Assembly: GCA_027365105.1 (NCBI GenBank)
Contig: DAHXNZ010000001.1
Coordinates: 35,290 to 99,289, forward strand
Length of the DNA stretch: 64,000 nucleotides
Reading direction: 5' to 3'
From: Thermoplasmata archaeon
Lineage (GTDB): Archaea > Thermoplasmatota > Thermoplasmata > Lutacidiplasmatales > UBA184
Positions 9,874-20,600 of the stretch are shown here, in pieces (positions within the stretch are counted from its first letter, which is position 1; the number at the start of each line of letters is the position of its first letter). The position numbers were made by a program, and so were the translations under genes. The notes below the pieces were generated by a model that did not search any database, was not told the DNA's origin, and worked only from the letters and a program-made list of their open reading frames with translations.

Positions 9874-10839
9874 ATGGCAGAGCGTGGCGTGACTGGGACC
9901 AATACGGGGGGGGTAGAAACAAGAGTTGTAGACCGGGTCCCGACCAAACTACGCTGGCGTCGGGGCAGGGCGGTCCGAGTTTCTCGGGTCCGGTGGGCGG
10001 GAGTACTTGGTGTTTTGGCTATTGGTGGGATGATGATTATAGCCACGCTCCTGCCGACGGCCTTGGCAACACCGGCCCCTGGAGGGCCAGGCCCGTTTTA
10101 CCCCCCCATATCGATTCCCTCGGGAGGGTTGTTTCAGGTGCAGTATACCGGGACCCCGATTATTTCGGGAAGCGTCCAGTACACGACCATCTGGGTGTCC
10201 TCGGCCGGTTCCACTGCGGCGTCGACCCCGGTGGAGTTGTTCATGAATGCCTCGGCTGCGGGAGTTTCAGGCACCGGCAATAGCATCAATGAGACCATGT
10301 GGGGAGGATACACATCGCCACAAAATTTTACTCTCAATGCATCTAGCCAGTACGTAGTGAATGTAGCATGGGAGTTGAACGGATCCTGGGGCGACTCGCT
10401 GAGCTGCCCCGGCAGCTCAATGTCAACTGGAATAAGTAGCTACAGCATCAAGATCTTTGCCAATGTCGCGTTGTCTTCTACGATTATCCCTGCAAGCAAT
10501 TCAACTAGAATACCCGTTCGGGGTTCGCTGGTCTCCAACCCGGTTCCTCTCTTCACCACAGGAGGCAGTCTCTCCACCTGCAACACGTTCGTCACGGGCT
10601 CTGTCGGCGGAAAGGTCTTCTCCAACCCCTATTTTTTCAATATTACCACGACGGGCGTTTACTATCTCGAAGCGTATTGGAGCGCCGACCTGACCTCCTA
10701 TGAGTCTTTCATGCTACCCGCCCCAACCAACACAGTTTGTATCAACCTTCAAGGAAGTTCAACGTTGTCGACCACCTATTGCCCAGCATTTACCAGTCCC
10801 CGACCAGGAGCCACGATTAGTCGGGTTCAGGTCCTGTGA
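9874..10839 (+). CDS. secreted Ser/Thr-rich hypothetical protein (start uncertain)
   Basis: signal-peptide-like hydrophobic stretch (WAGVLGVLAIGGMMIIATLL), N-x-S/T sequons, Cys pairs, lower GC than flanks. Confidence 0.7.
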   Translation: MAERGVTGTNTGGVETRVVDRVPTKLRWRRGRAVRVSRVRWAGVLGVLAIGGMMIIATLLPTALATPAPGGPGPFYPPISIPSGGLFQVQYTGTPIISGSVQYTTIWVSSAGSTAASTPVELFMNASAAGVSGTGNSINETMWGGYTSPQNFTLNASSQYVVNVAWELNGSWGDSLSCPGSSMSTGISSYSIKIFANVALSSTIIPASNSTRIPVRGSLVSNPVPLFTTGGSLSTCNTFVTGSVGGKVFSNPYFFNITTTGVYYLEAYWSADLTSYESFMLPAPTNTVCINLQGSSTLSTTYCPAFTSPRPGATISRVQVL

Positions 10840-10846
10840 GGTGGGC

Positions 10847-13195
10847 ATGCCTTCGGGGAGGGCGCCAGTTGCTTTCGGGCGGTGCCAAGTAGTTCTCATC
10901 TCGGCATTGGTTGCCGTCGCCTTGCTTTCTGGGGCGGGAATCTTTGGAGGGACCTCCCACCTCCCAGTAGGGGTCGTTGCCCACGGGTCTCTCCGGACTT
11001 CCAATGAGAGCGGGAGTGCGTTACCCCAACCGTCTGGCACCAACCCGATTCAATCGTATGGATGGCAAAACCTCACCACACCCCTTCCCAACAACACGAT
11101 CTGGGCCAGTGCCTATGATCCGGCCCTCGGGGGCGTAGTGGCACTGAGTGACGGGACTGTGGCGCAGAACGACGGAAGTCCTACGCTCAACTTTAGCTGC
11201 ACATTTCATAGCACCAATTCTACGTGGGTCTATGCCGCAGGCAAGTGGACCCGCCTCCCTGTAGCTGGCCCCACCCCCGGGCTCTATCGAAGCTTGGCAT
11301 TCGATTCGAGCTCCGACACGCTCCTTGCCTTCCAAGGGACCGGGCCGCCCTTGTCAAATGTATCATCTTACTGGTCTTGGCCTGTGTGTGACCTCAATGA
11401 ATACGTTCACATGGGGGAAGTCCCACCGTCGTCAGTCTATTTTGAAGGGCTCGTTCCTTCGCAACACCCTGAGACTTGGGAGTTCACGGGCGGAAGTTGG
11501 AGTCTCATATCCACCGGCGAGCCGCTCAATGCCATCACCAACATCGTGTACGACCCGGCCTTGTCGCGAGTTGTGATGTTCACGACGATCAACAATGTCT
11601 CGAACGCTCTGGACCTGTGGGAGTTCGCGAATGGAACGTGGATCAATGGAGGCCAGGAAACCCTCCCTTCGAGCATCTCCCCATCACAGCTCAACTTCTC
11701 GAATACCGAGGTTCCACCAAACGTCTCTCTCCTCAATTCGAACTATACTGGCCCTCTTTACATGGGACTTGGGTGGGTGCTAGAAAACTCGCAACTAGTC
11801 TATGATCCAAATTCCCGCCAGTTGCTTTGGGAGGTTATGAATACCAGCTTCGGGATACCCTTTGTGTTAGGGTTCAACGGGAGTTGGCATGTTGTATCGG
11901 ACCGTGAATCTCAAGGGACTTTCGCCACGGCCTTGACGTACGACGGGGCCACATCCAGCCTTATCGGGGCGGCGAATCTATGGAACGGACATCCGTACAC
12001 CCGTGCCTACACTCAAACTAAGATTTTGTATCCGAACTGGAACGCTACCGGCATCTTTTCGAATGGCAGCTATAGCTACCTTAATGTGTCGCCCCAGCCC
12101 GCCCTCATTATTCCCGGGTATGTGCAAGACCTGTGGCCGGAATCTATCACCATGGTATATGATCCCAGTGACGGGTATCTGATCATGTTCGGTATGGCGG
12201 AGTATACCGGGCCCCCCGATTCTCTCGAACTCGGCTCGAACGCCACTTATTTTTCCCCGAGCACCATGTGGATCTTCGGTCCGCCAAGTGAATTACGTCT
12301 GAGTGTCTCCGTCACTCCGAGCACCATCTGCAGCCTGGAATCTGTCGCGTGCAATTCGGCGGAGACCACCGCCGAAGTGACGGCATCGGTAAGCATGTTC
12401 CTCATGAACGCTTCGGCGTCGTTGCCAGCGCCCCGGGCAAATGTGGTGGAGTATGGCCCGACCTTCTGGGATGTCGGACCCGAGTTGCAATTCGTCCCGG
12501 CCCCCGACATCGAAATGGACTGGTCGGCAGGCTTTGCCGCGAGTTGTTCCTCCCTTTCGGGACCGGTAACCCCGTGTGCGAGTGTTCCGAGTGTCGATCG
12601 CACCGGCACCGGTCCCCCGGAGTATCTCTGGTCTTGGGGCAATATGAGTTCGGCCCTCGAAGCCGGAGGGGTATGGTCGGTCACGTTTGGAATCGAATCG
12701 AACTTGGCTGGAAACGCCACGATTCCGGTCGATCGATGCGCTTCGTGGCTCTGCGGAGGAGCGGCGACGGGGGACTTCTCCTCGCTGATCTCGAGAGCCC
12801 CGAACGGAACGGGGAGTTCTCCGTATTCGTGGCCGATAGCCAAGGTGTCGGTATTGGATCCGACAGCCCCGGCGGTTCCGCCCAGCCCCCCCCCCACTCC
12901 CACCCCCGCCCCTCCTCCTCCCGTCCCCCCGGCGATCCCGCCCGTTCCCACACCCATCTCTCTCCCGGTAGGCCCCACCCCCATCCTGATCGGATCCCTG
13001 GGAAGCGCGGTATCGTTCGTCGCGATCGCCGCGGGTGCCGTGGCTGCAGGGCTGACTCGGGCTCGGCTCAGCCGGCCGATAGCCCAGCGGGCGATGGCCC
13101 TGGCGGTCCGATCGCGAGGGTCCCCGTCGGGCTCTCGGCGGCCCGTCTCGGATTGGGACAAGCGTCCATACCTGCGTTCCACGCCGATTACGTAA
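10847..13195 (+). CDS. membrane-anchored surface protein with kelch-like beta-propeller repeats and a Pro-rich linker
   Basis: GAGGTG RBS before ATG 10847; repeated YDP...TWEF..GSW blades (YDPALGG, YDPALSR, YDPSDGYLIMFG); PT/PP linker and C-terminal TM. Confidence 0.8.
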   Translation: MPSGRAPVAFGRCQVVLISALVAVALLSGAGIFGGTSHLPVGVVAHGSLRTSNESGSALPQPSGTNPIQSYGWQNLTTPLPNNTIWASAYDPALGGVVALSDGTVAQNDGSPTLNFSCTFHSTNSTWVYAAGKWTRLPVAGPTPGLYRSLAFDSSSDTLLAFQGTGPPLSNVSSYWSWPVCDLNEYVHMGEVPPSSVYFEGLVPSQHPETWEFTGGSWSLISTGEPLNAITNIVYDPALSRVVMFTTINNVSNALDLWEFANGTWINGGQETLPSSISPSQLNFSNTEVPPNVSLLNSNYTGPLYMGLGWVLENSQLVYDPNSRQLLWEVMNTSFGIPFVLGFNGSWHVVSDRESQGTFATALTYDGATSSLIGAANLWNGHPYTRAYTQTKILYPNWNATGIFSNGSYSYLNVSPQPALIIPGYVQDLWPESITMVYDPSDGYLIMFGMAEYTGPPDSLELGSNATYFSPSTMWIFGPPSELRLSVSVTPSTICSLESVACNSAETTAEVTASVSMFLMNASASLPAPRANVVEYGPTFWDVGPELQFVPAPDIEMDWSAGFAASCSSLSGPVTPCASVPSVDRTGTGPPEYLWSWGNMSSALEAGGVWSVTFGIESNLAGNATIPVDRCASWLCGGAATGDFSSLISRAPNGTGSSPYSWPIAKVSVLDPTAPAVPPSPPPTPTPAPPPPVPPAIPPVPTPISLPVGPTPILIGSLGSAVSFVAIAAGAVAAGLTRARLSRPIAQRAMALAVRSRGSPSGSRRPVSDWDKRPYLRSTPIT

Positions 13196-14941
13196 CTGGT
13201 AGCAGGCGGGTCACGCCGAGAGCACGGTAGAGCGTCTCTTGGTCACCGTTGAGCTGGGTCGTCCAGTCCCGAATCCTTTTCCCGGAGGTAAACCGCACCC
13301 AGGAGATTCCATCGAGGAGACGCAGAGCCTCCCACAGCGTCAGGGACGGGTATTTCTTCCGGAACTTCTGCGGCATGCGCGGTAGCGCCTCCGCCAGCCG
13401 CCTCTCGCCCCACGTCCACAACAGCAGGGCCAGGTAGACCACCGTGGCATACGCCTCCAGACGGTCCTCGCGACGAACACGGATCGGTCCCAGGTCCAGC
13501 TCGCCCTTGGCCGTCTGGAAGCATTTCTCGACCACATCCCTCTCGAAGTACATCCGGAACATCTCCGGGGCGTCCAACGAAAGGTCCGTACTGAACATCA
13601 AGAACCTCCCGTCCCGAGCCTCCTCCTCTCCCACCGCCTTCCGGTCCACCTCGAACCCCCACCGACCCCGCGCCTTCCTCACCACCGGCTTGAGCAGCTG
13701 GCGGAGGTAGGGCCTCCGCTCGTCCGGCACACTTCCCCCCTCCAGTTCCCAGAGGAGCAGGTCCCGGGCGCTCTTCTCCTCGGCCCGCCAATCCGGGGCC
13801 TCGACCACCGCCAGTCGCAGTGGCCGCGCGTAGAGCGGCGCCGTGAAGGCGCGCGCATAGAGCCCCTCCCCGGTGGGACGCTTCACCAGCCACCGCGATC
13901 GCGCCAACTCCTTCCCGGGCCACCGAGCCAGATACTCCCACGCCCCCTTCGGCTTCTCCCGGTCGATGGCCCGCACGATCCCCACCTGGTGGTAGCCCGC
14001 CCCTACCACGTCGTTCACGTTCTCCTCCGACACCATCCCCCGGTCCATGATCATGGTCAACCCCCGGAAGTCCATGGCCTCCAGTTCCTTCACCGTCTCT
14101 CGCACGGTGATGACATCGTTCCTTCCCCCCGGCAAGGGTCGGCAGAACAAGGGGTGGTGGTGCTCTCGGGAGACCACCAGGCCGAACCCCACCACGGTGG
14201 AGAGCCCCCGCTCGCTGTCGTGCCCCATCTGAGCAAGGGAGCAGTGGGTCCCGTAGTACCGTTGCTTGGTGATGTCGTAGTAGGCTGCGGCCGGCTCCCG
14301 GGAGCTCCCCCGCCAGGCCCGGTTCCACGCGTCTTGGAGAACGGGGCCGCGGTTGTCCATGTGCCGGGAGATCCGGTCGTGATGACAGACGGCGGAGAGA
14401 ACCCCATCGTAGGTCGTGGGAGTGAGGGTGTCCGAGGGGATGGAGAGCCAGACCGGCAGCGGACTGGCTCGGACCCACGAGGCCAACCGTCGGCGCGCGA
14501 GGCGCTCGATCATCTGGTTGAGGGCGAGGCAGAGGAGGTGGCGGACCACGAGTCCGTCCAAGCCCAACTCCTCGGCGCGCTCCACGATGCGGAGCTCCTG
14601 GGCGATGGCCGTGAAGAGGGCGAGGCGGCCCATGGGGAAGGCGGACTGGACATGGTCGACACGAGGTCGAGGCTCGGCGAGGAGGTTTCCCTTCTTGTCG
14701 CAGGGTCCGAGGTAACGGACCACGCGCTGCTTGCGGGAACGGGACGTCGCATCCCGATAGGACTCCTTCTCGTAGAGGTAGTGCCGTTCGCGAATGTGGG
14801 TGATGCTACGGAACGTCACGTCAATCGATTACGTAATTACGTAAGTCAGTAGATGAGCTTTCCTCTCGACCGGACAAACCGCCTCTGACGGGGAAAGGGC
14901 GATCAGCGAGCAGAAGTTACGTAACAGGCCCGAAACTCAGG
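13171..14941 (-). mobile_element. IS1634-like insertion sequence, apparently complete (1771 bp)
   Basis: 27-bp imperfect TIRs (13171-13197 vs 14915-14941, 21/27 match) flanked by direct repeat GTCCATA (13164-13170 and 14942-14948). Confidence 0.9.
13188..14819 (-). CDS. IS1634-family DDE transposase
   Basis: N-terminal YLYEKESYRD...VVRYLG; YYDIT, MDRG and YFERDVVEKCFQTAK..L..PIR motifs. Confidence 0.88.
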   Translation of the reverse strand: MTFRSITHIRERHYLYEKESYRDATSRSRKQRVVRYLGPCDKKGNLLAEPRPRVDHVQSAFPMGRLALFTAIAQELRIVERAEELGLDGLVVRHLLCLALNQMIERLARRRLASWVRASPLPVWLSIPSDTLTPTTYDGVLSAVCHHDRISRHMDNRGPVLQDAWNRAWRGSSREPAAAYYDITKQRYYGTHCSLAQMGHDSERGLSTVVGFGLVVSREHHHPLFCRPLPGGRNDVITVRETVKELEAMDFRGLTMIMDRGMVSEENVNDVVGAGYHQVGIVRAIDREKPKGAWEYLARWPGKELARSRWLVKRPTGEGLYARAFTAPLYARPLRLAVVEAPDWRAEEKSARDLLLWELEGGSVPDERRPYLRQLLKPVVRKARGRWGFEVDRKAVGEEEARDGRFLMFSTDLSLDAPEMFRMYFERDVVEKCFQTAKGELDLGPIRVRREDRLEAYATVVYLALLLWTWGERRLAEALPRMPQKFRKKYPSLTLWEALRLLDGISWVRFTSGKRIRDWTTQLNGDQETLYRALGVTRLLPVT

Positions 14942-14944
14942 GTC

Positions 14945-15301
14945 CATAGTGAGCTTGAACTTCTCCCCGTCGGTTCCTCCAATCGATAGGAACATCGCCT
15001 TGCCTTCGACGTTCACCTTGTCGAAGATCCGCTATAGGATCGCTCGGAGGCTGTTCCCGTTGGTCGGCGCGTCCAAGCCGAGCTCCTCCGCCAGATGGAG
15101 CGCAGGAAGCCCGACGTCACGAGCGCTCAACTGCTTCAGTGACGGCTGTGCGGCGCTCCACCGCTCGAACAGCTTCTTCAGCTGCTCCACGCCGACCTTC
15201 GTTCGTGTCGATCGCGTTCGGCGTGCATTCCCGACTTCCAGGAACGGCAGTCCCGGAACGGTGGGTCGCTTCCCAGTCGCTTGGGGCGCTACTTTGGTCA
15301 T
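14945..15301 (-). pseudogene. small hypothetical gene with an in-frame amber stop
   Basis: GGAGG RBS before ATG 15301; TAG at 15032-15034 is followed by protein-like RIFDKVNVEGKAMFLSIGGTDGEKFKLTMD up to the IS junction. Confidence 0.45.
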
Positions 15302-15319
15302 GTTTTCCTCCGTTTTTTC

Positions 15320-15960
15320 GTAAGGACTCAGCTCGCTGGCCCGGCTGACGGAGGACCTGCCGCGGTCTGAGGAAGCGCGCCGAGACGGTCTGCCACCACT
15401 CCCCAGAACGGCTGCTTTCGCTTGCCGAACGTCCGCCCTACGGTCAATAACCGCTCGAGGACCTGCGCCCCCCGCGCCGTCCTTCGACCCCCGCTGATCT
15501 TCCGGTGAACGACCGCGACTCGTACCTCGCGCTCCACCTCGTTCGAGTTCCACGACACCCCGGGTCGTCGGACAAAGGTGAACAGCGTCGCGAGCCGCTG
15601 ATCCAGCTCGTCCGCGATCCGCGCCGCATCCACATCTCGCCACCTCTTCGCCAGGAACCGTCCCATCGATCGCGACGCCCGAGCATACCGACGCTCCCGG
15701 GCCACGGACGAGGCCTTCGGATACCGCTCGACCCACCGAACCTCGGCTCGCAGCCGGGACCGCACCCCCGCCGCGAACCGCAGGAACTCTGTCGAGGGGT
15801 GCCCCGCCCGCTCGTGGGTCGGCCTCCGTCCCCCCAAGGGTGGACCGTTTCGGGGACCCCTCAGTGACGAGCTGCACGAGAACCCTCGCGGCGCTCGGGT
15901 CCCGGTCCATCGCCCCGCCGCTGCCTCCGCAGTACGGATCCGCTCGGCCAGCGCGAGCAT
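15320..15960 (-). pseudogene. IS66-family (ISBst12-like) transposase C-terminal remnant with one IS end
   Basis: LFTFVRRPGVSWNSNEVEREVR..VVHRKISGGRRTARG motif; GTAAGGACTCAGC terminus at 15320; N-terminal part missing or degraded. Confidence 0.75.
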
Positions 15961-16405
15961 CTCCGGAACCCGCCCCGGCTCCGGGCGGGCCGGGATCGTT
16001 CCGATGCTTCGGGGCGTGACGACCCGTCGCGAGCCATTCCCGGTGGCCTTCGCTTCTGGCTTCTGTCGAACTCTGACGCATCGGCAGGCGGAGGGGCGGG
16101 CGAGACGCCGGTCCCGTACCGGGTTTTCGCCCGTCTGCCGTGGCCGGGGGAAGGGAGTCAGGGCGGCGGCCGAGCACCCGATTATTGAGGCGGACGAGGG
16201 AGCGGTCGCCGCGCGGTCGATTTTTCGCCCCGCGGGGCTTTCGACTGCGTGGACGGCCCCGATGCTGCAGGCGACGCCGGGCCGAAGCCCGCGTCGTGGA
16301 AAGGACAAGGCATATCAGCCTGCGCGCCGATGGCCGAGACCGAGCCGTGAGGCCGACCGCCGTCGCCGATTCCCCCGGTCCGGCCGCGCTCACCTTGGAG
16401 TCCTC

Positions 16406-17236
16406 ATGAGCCCAACACCGAACGCCGTCCCCGAGGGAGGCCCCCGAACGGGGGGGCCGGAGTCGGCCGACCCTCGGCCCTCCGAGGGACCCGCCACGGC
16501 TCGCCAGCCCCGGCGACGGGCGGTAACCGCCACGGCCAACGTGCCGTTGACGCCCACGATCCACGTACTGACGTTTTCTCTCCCGCCGAACGACTCAATG
16601 GAGTTCGTCCCCGGCCAGTATGTGACCTTCTTCTTTCGTCGGGACGGGAAGTCAGTGACGCGTTCGTATTCGATCTACTCTTCGGCCAACCTCCATGACC
16701 GGTTCTCGCTCCTCATCAAGCGGGTTCCTCAGGGATTTGCGTCCAATCGACTCTGTGACCTCACACCATCTCCGGCCGCCACGGAAACCATTCTCGGTCC
16801 GCTGGGGAAGTTCCTGTATCGCCCTCCCGGGGATCGGCACGTGGTGATGGTGGCCACCGGGGTGGGGCTCGCGCCCTTCATCCCCATGCTCGAACGTCTC
16901 CAAGCGGAGAGCCCGGCAACTCCGACGTGGCTCGTGTGGGGAAACCGGTTTATGGAGGATCTGGTCGGGCGCAGCGATCTCGAACGGAAAGAACGATCCT
17001 GGCCGAACTTTCATTTCGTCCCGGTGCTCTCGCGCCCCCCTCCGGATGGAAGCTGGTCGGGGGCGGTAGGTCATGTTCAAGCCCAGGTCAGGGCCCGGTT
17101 CCCGGACCTCAGTCATGCGGATGTCTACCTGTGCGGCGCTACCCCGATGGTGAACGAGATGCAGGATCTGTCGCTCGAACTCGGCTGCCCCAGGGACCAA
17201 ATCTATGTGGACCGCTGGGGGGAACACTCGGGCTGA
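16406..17236 (+). CDS. FAD/NAD(P)-binding oxidoreductase (FNR-like)
   Basis: FVPGQY, RSYSI, GFASNRL, GPLGKF, VATGVGLAPF, YLCG motifs. Confidence 0.92.
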   Translation: MSPTPNAVPEGGPRTGGPESADPRPSEGPATARQPRRRAVTATANVPLTPTIHVLTFSLPPNDSMEFVPGQYVTFFFRRDGKSVTRSYSIYSSANLHDRFSLLIKRVPQGFASNRLCDLTPSPAATETILGPLGKFLYRPPGDRHVVMVATGVGLAPFIPMLERLQAESPATPTWLVWGNRFMEDLVGRSDLERKERSWPNFHFVPVLSRPPPDGSWSGAVGHVQAQVRARFPDLSHADVYLCGATPMVNEMQDLSLELGCPRDQIYVDRWGEHSG

Positions 17237-17602
17237 AGCGGCACCATCCGTCTCGGGCCGGCGGGCGGCACCGCCCTGACGGGGCCATACGCCCAGGCCG
17301 AGCCCCCGGGATTGCGCGGGCCTCCCTCCGAGGGCTCAGGGAGTTTCACCTGGGCCGGGAAGACCCGGCCGGTCGAATGATGGGGATGGAAGGGACCCTG
17401 GGGGGCTCGCGGGGGGTCGAGGGTCGAGCCTCCCGGGGGAACCGGGGGCTGGGCGCGACGGGGACCGCCGCGGCGGGGTCCGGCCGGGGACCGCGCCCCG
17501 AGAGGGCCGGCGGGGGTGGACCGCGAACGCACAGCGGGCGATCCCGAAGCCGCGCACGACCACCTGACCGAGCAGTTCCGGCCAGTGCCGGACCCCTTCA
17601 GC

Positions 17603-17609
17603 CTTAAAT
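17603..17609 (+). promoter_or_regulatory. TATA box of the S53 protease gene (probably leaderless)
   Basis: CTTAAAT about 25 nt upstream of ATG 17632 in a very GC-rich context. Confidence 0.5.
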
Positions 17610-17631
17610 CATCCGGAGCAACGTTCCCGGT

Positions 17632-20600
17632 ATGCGATCCCCGAAGACGTCCCGGACTGCACGCCCGCGCTGGAGTACGACCGGGTGGCTGGTCGTGGCT
17701 GTGGCGTTCTTGATGCTCCTCCCGTCCGCCTCGGTCTTCGCTTCCGCTCCTGCGGCGCGGTCGCCGACCGGGGCTCCGGGCGCCGTGGCCGCCGCCGTGA
17801 GTGGCCCCCGGATCTCGGTCCCGACCCTCGCCGACGGCGCCGCACCGCGCTCGGGGGGGACCCCGTTCCGAGGGAATCTCTCGGTCTTTGTCAGCTTCCG
17901 ACTCCAGAATCAGAGCGCCCTCGACCGGCTCCTCTCCGGGCTCAACAATCCGCGCAGCCCTGACTACCGACATTACCTCACGGCCGGCGAATTTACCCGG
18001 TGGTTCTCCCCGTCGACCGAGACCTACAATCAGGCCCAGCAGTATTTTTCCGGGCTGCCGGGACTTTCCCTCTCGACCTATTCGGACCGGGTGGGCCTCA
18101 TGGTCCACGGGCCGGCCGCCTCGATCGGGCGCGCCTTCGGGGTCAGCCTCGATCGTTATGCTTCCCGAACCTCGGCGCCGTTTGTCGCGCCGATCGGGAG
18201 CGCCACCCTGCCGGAGTCGTTCGGCCTCCAGGTCCTGCAGGTGACCGGGCTCGACAGCCGGCCGACCGCCCAGTCGGACCTCCAGATCGGGGAACATGCG
18301 GTCGTTTCCGGGGCCGTCGCCGGGATCCGCACGGCCGGCTATCCGGCCCCCTCGACCTGCTACTCCGGCGGCCAGTGCCTTTGGGGCAGCGATCTCCAGG
18401 TGGCCTACGATGAGCTCGCCCTGTTCAACGTGACGTACCCCACCCACGAGGTGGTGGCCACGATCCTCTGGTCCGGAAGCAACAGTTCCGGGCAGTCGGT
18501 CGGTCCGTTCGTGCCGTCGGACATCTCGGCCTACTTCAACCAGACGATTCCGGCGGGGGAGCCCCATCCCCACTTCTACGGGGTCCCGGTCAACGGCGCC
18601 CCGAAACCCGGGATCTCGGCCAGCTACGACCAGAGCGGCGCGAACATCGAGAACACCCTCGACCTCGAGATGGTCGGATCGACGGCCCCGGGAGCCTCCA
18701 TCTACAATGTCTACGGGCCGTCGGCCACCTACGCCAACCTCGACAACGCCTTCGCCTACATCCTGAACCCGAACGCCTCCGTCCCGGGGCTCAAGAATGT
18801 GAGCGTCATCACCAACTCCTGGGGCGGAAGCGACCAGAACGACTCGTCGTGGTACCAGTACCTCCAGGAGGCCCAGACTCGGGGGATCACGGTACTCGCC
18901 TCCTCCGGCGACTCCGGCGACAACCCCAACAGCAGCAAGTGGACCGGCACCGGCCCCGAGTTTCCTTCGACGATGGCCTACGATGACTTCGGCGTCACCG
19001 CAGTCGGCGGAACCACGCTGGTCGTCCATGACCACCCGAACACCGACCCCGCCCAGTACCTCCATATCCAGAGCCAGATCGCCTGGAACGTCTCGGCGAC
19101 CGATACTTCGGACAACGGCCCGGCCGGGAGTTCGGGGGGGATCAGCACCGTCTTTTCCGAGCCGTCCTGGCAGAACTCGACCGAAGCCAACTCGGTGATC
19201 CAAGGGAAGGGGCGGGGAGTCCCGGACATCGCCGCAACGGCCAACAATACCTGGATGTACGCGAGCTCCGCCGGGAGTCTCCTCCAGTACGAGGTCGCCG
19301 GCACCTCGATCGCCTCTCCCCTGGTGGCCGGCCTCGTGGCGGAGGTGGATGCCCTCCTCGCCCACACGGGCCAAGGCGCCCTCGGATTCGCCGATCCGGC
19401 GATCTACACGTGGGCCAACCAGATGATTGCCCCGATGAACAGCACAGCGACCACCGGATTCCTGCCCACCGGATCGTACAACTCGACCCTCCCGACCCTG
19501 CCCTTCTACGATGTGACCCAGGGGCAGAACTTTGTGGACCATGCCCTGTACGGCTACGACCTGGTCACCGGTTGGGGAAGCCTGGACGCCTACAACTTCA
19601 CGATGTATGTCCTCCACCAAAACTACTCGGGCGCCGCGTTCTCCCTCCAAGGCATCCGCGACCGGCTCGATCTGGCCGCGCTCAATGTCACCTCCTACCT
19701 TTCCGGGGGCAGCGTCAATACCGCCTACAACGCCTCCATCCAGCAGAACTTCTTCCTGGGCAACAGTCTGGGCGCCCCGGTGTATTGGGTCCAGAACGTC
19801 GTCTACATCAACGGGAGCCAGGCGACGGGGTGGACCCTCAACTACACCGGATGGGTCGTCTTCCCGTTCTACGGACTCTATCCGACCCAGTCGGTCTACG
19901 AATACAACTTCCCGGCCGGCACCGTCCTCCAGATGCCGCAGACGTTCACCATGACCAGTTGGATCTCCAACAACTCGACCGGGGCGGCAACGATGAATTT
20001 TGAGGTCGACAGCCAGCACCTGACCCTGCCCGTCCCGGGCGCCGAGTACATCATCGGCGGGCTCAACAACAGCTTCTTCTGGCAAGGCACCCAGTACACC
20101 AACGGGCCCTACCCTCCGGGCCGCCCCGGTGGCCTCGCCCCCCAGTTCGGACTGGTCGGCGGCCCCTCGGGGGGTCAGGGGCAGTTCGGAGCCCCGACCC
20201 AAGGTTCACTGACCATTTCCATCGAACCGACCGGGAGTTCAGTCTACACGACACCGTTGGGGGCCGAAACGATCGCGGCCGGCACCTCCCAGACCGGGGA
20301 GACCGCCCGGAACCTTGCCTGGCAGGGCTCCGGGGCGAACTGGACCCTGGGAATCCAGTCCGGCTCCACCGAGCAGGGCGTGCTGGCCTTCGCCGTCTTC
20401 CAGGGGGGCAACCCCGCCGCCGGCCCGAGCTTCCCGGTCAACTTCCAGGAGACCGGGCTTCCGCCCGGCCAGACCTGGTCGGTCCTGCTCGCCGGGGGCC
20501 TCGGGACCTCCAACTCCTCGACCATCCAGTTCCTGGAGGGGAACGGGAACTATTCGTTCGTCGTCCGGCCGTTGCCGGGGTACCGCGTTTCGCCTTCGTC

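Noticed and set aside
12870-12985. C-rich low-complexity tract
   Set aside because: Explained as the Pro/Thr linker of the surface protein.
15032-15034. pyrrolysine read-through of the amber codon
   Set aside because: No pyl genes in view, and TAG is used as a normal stop by many genes here; a nonsense mutation is simpler.
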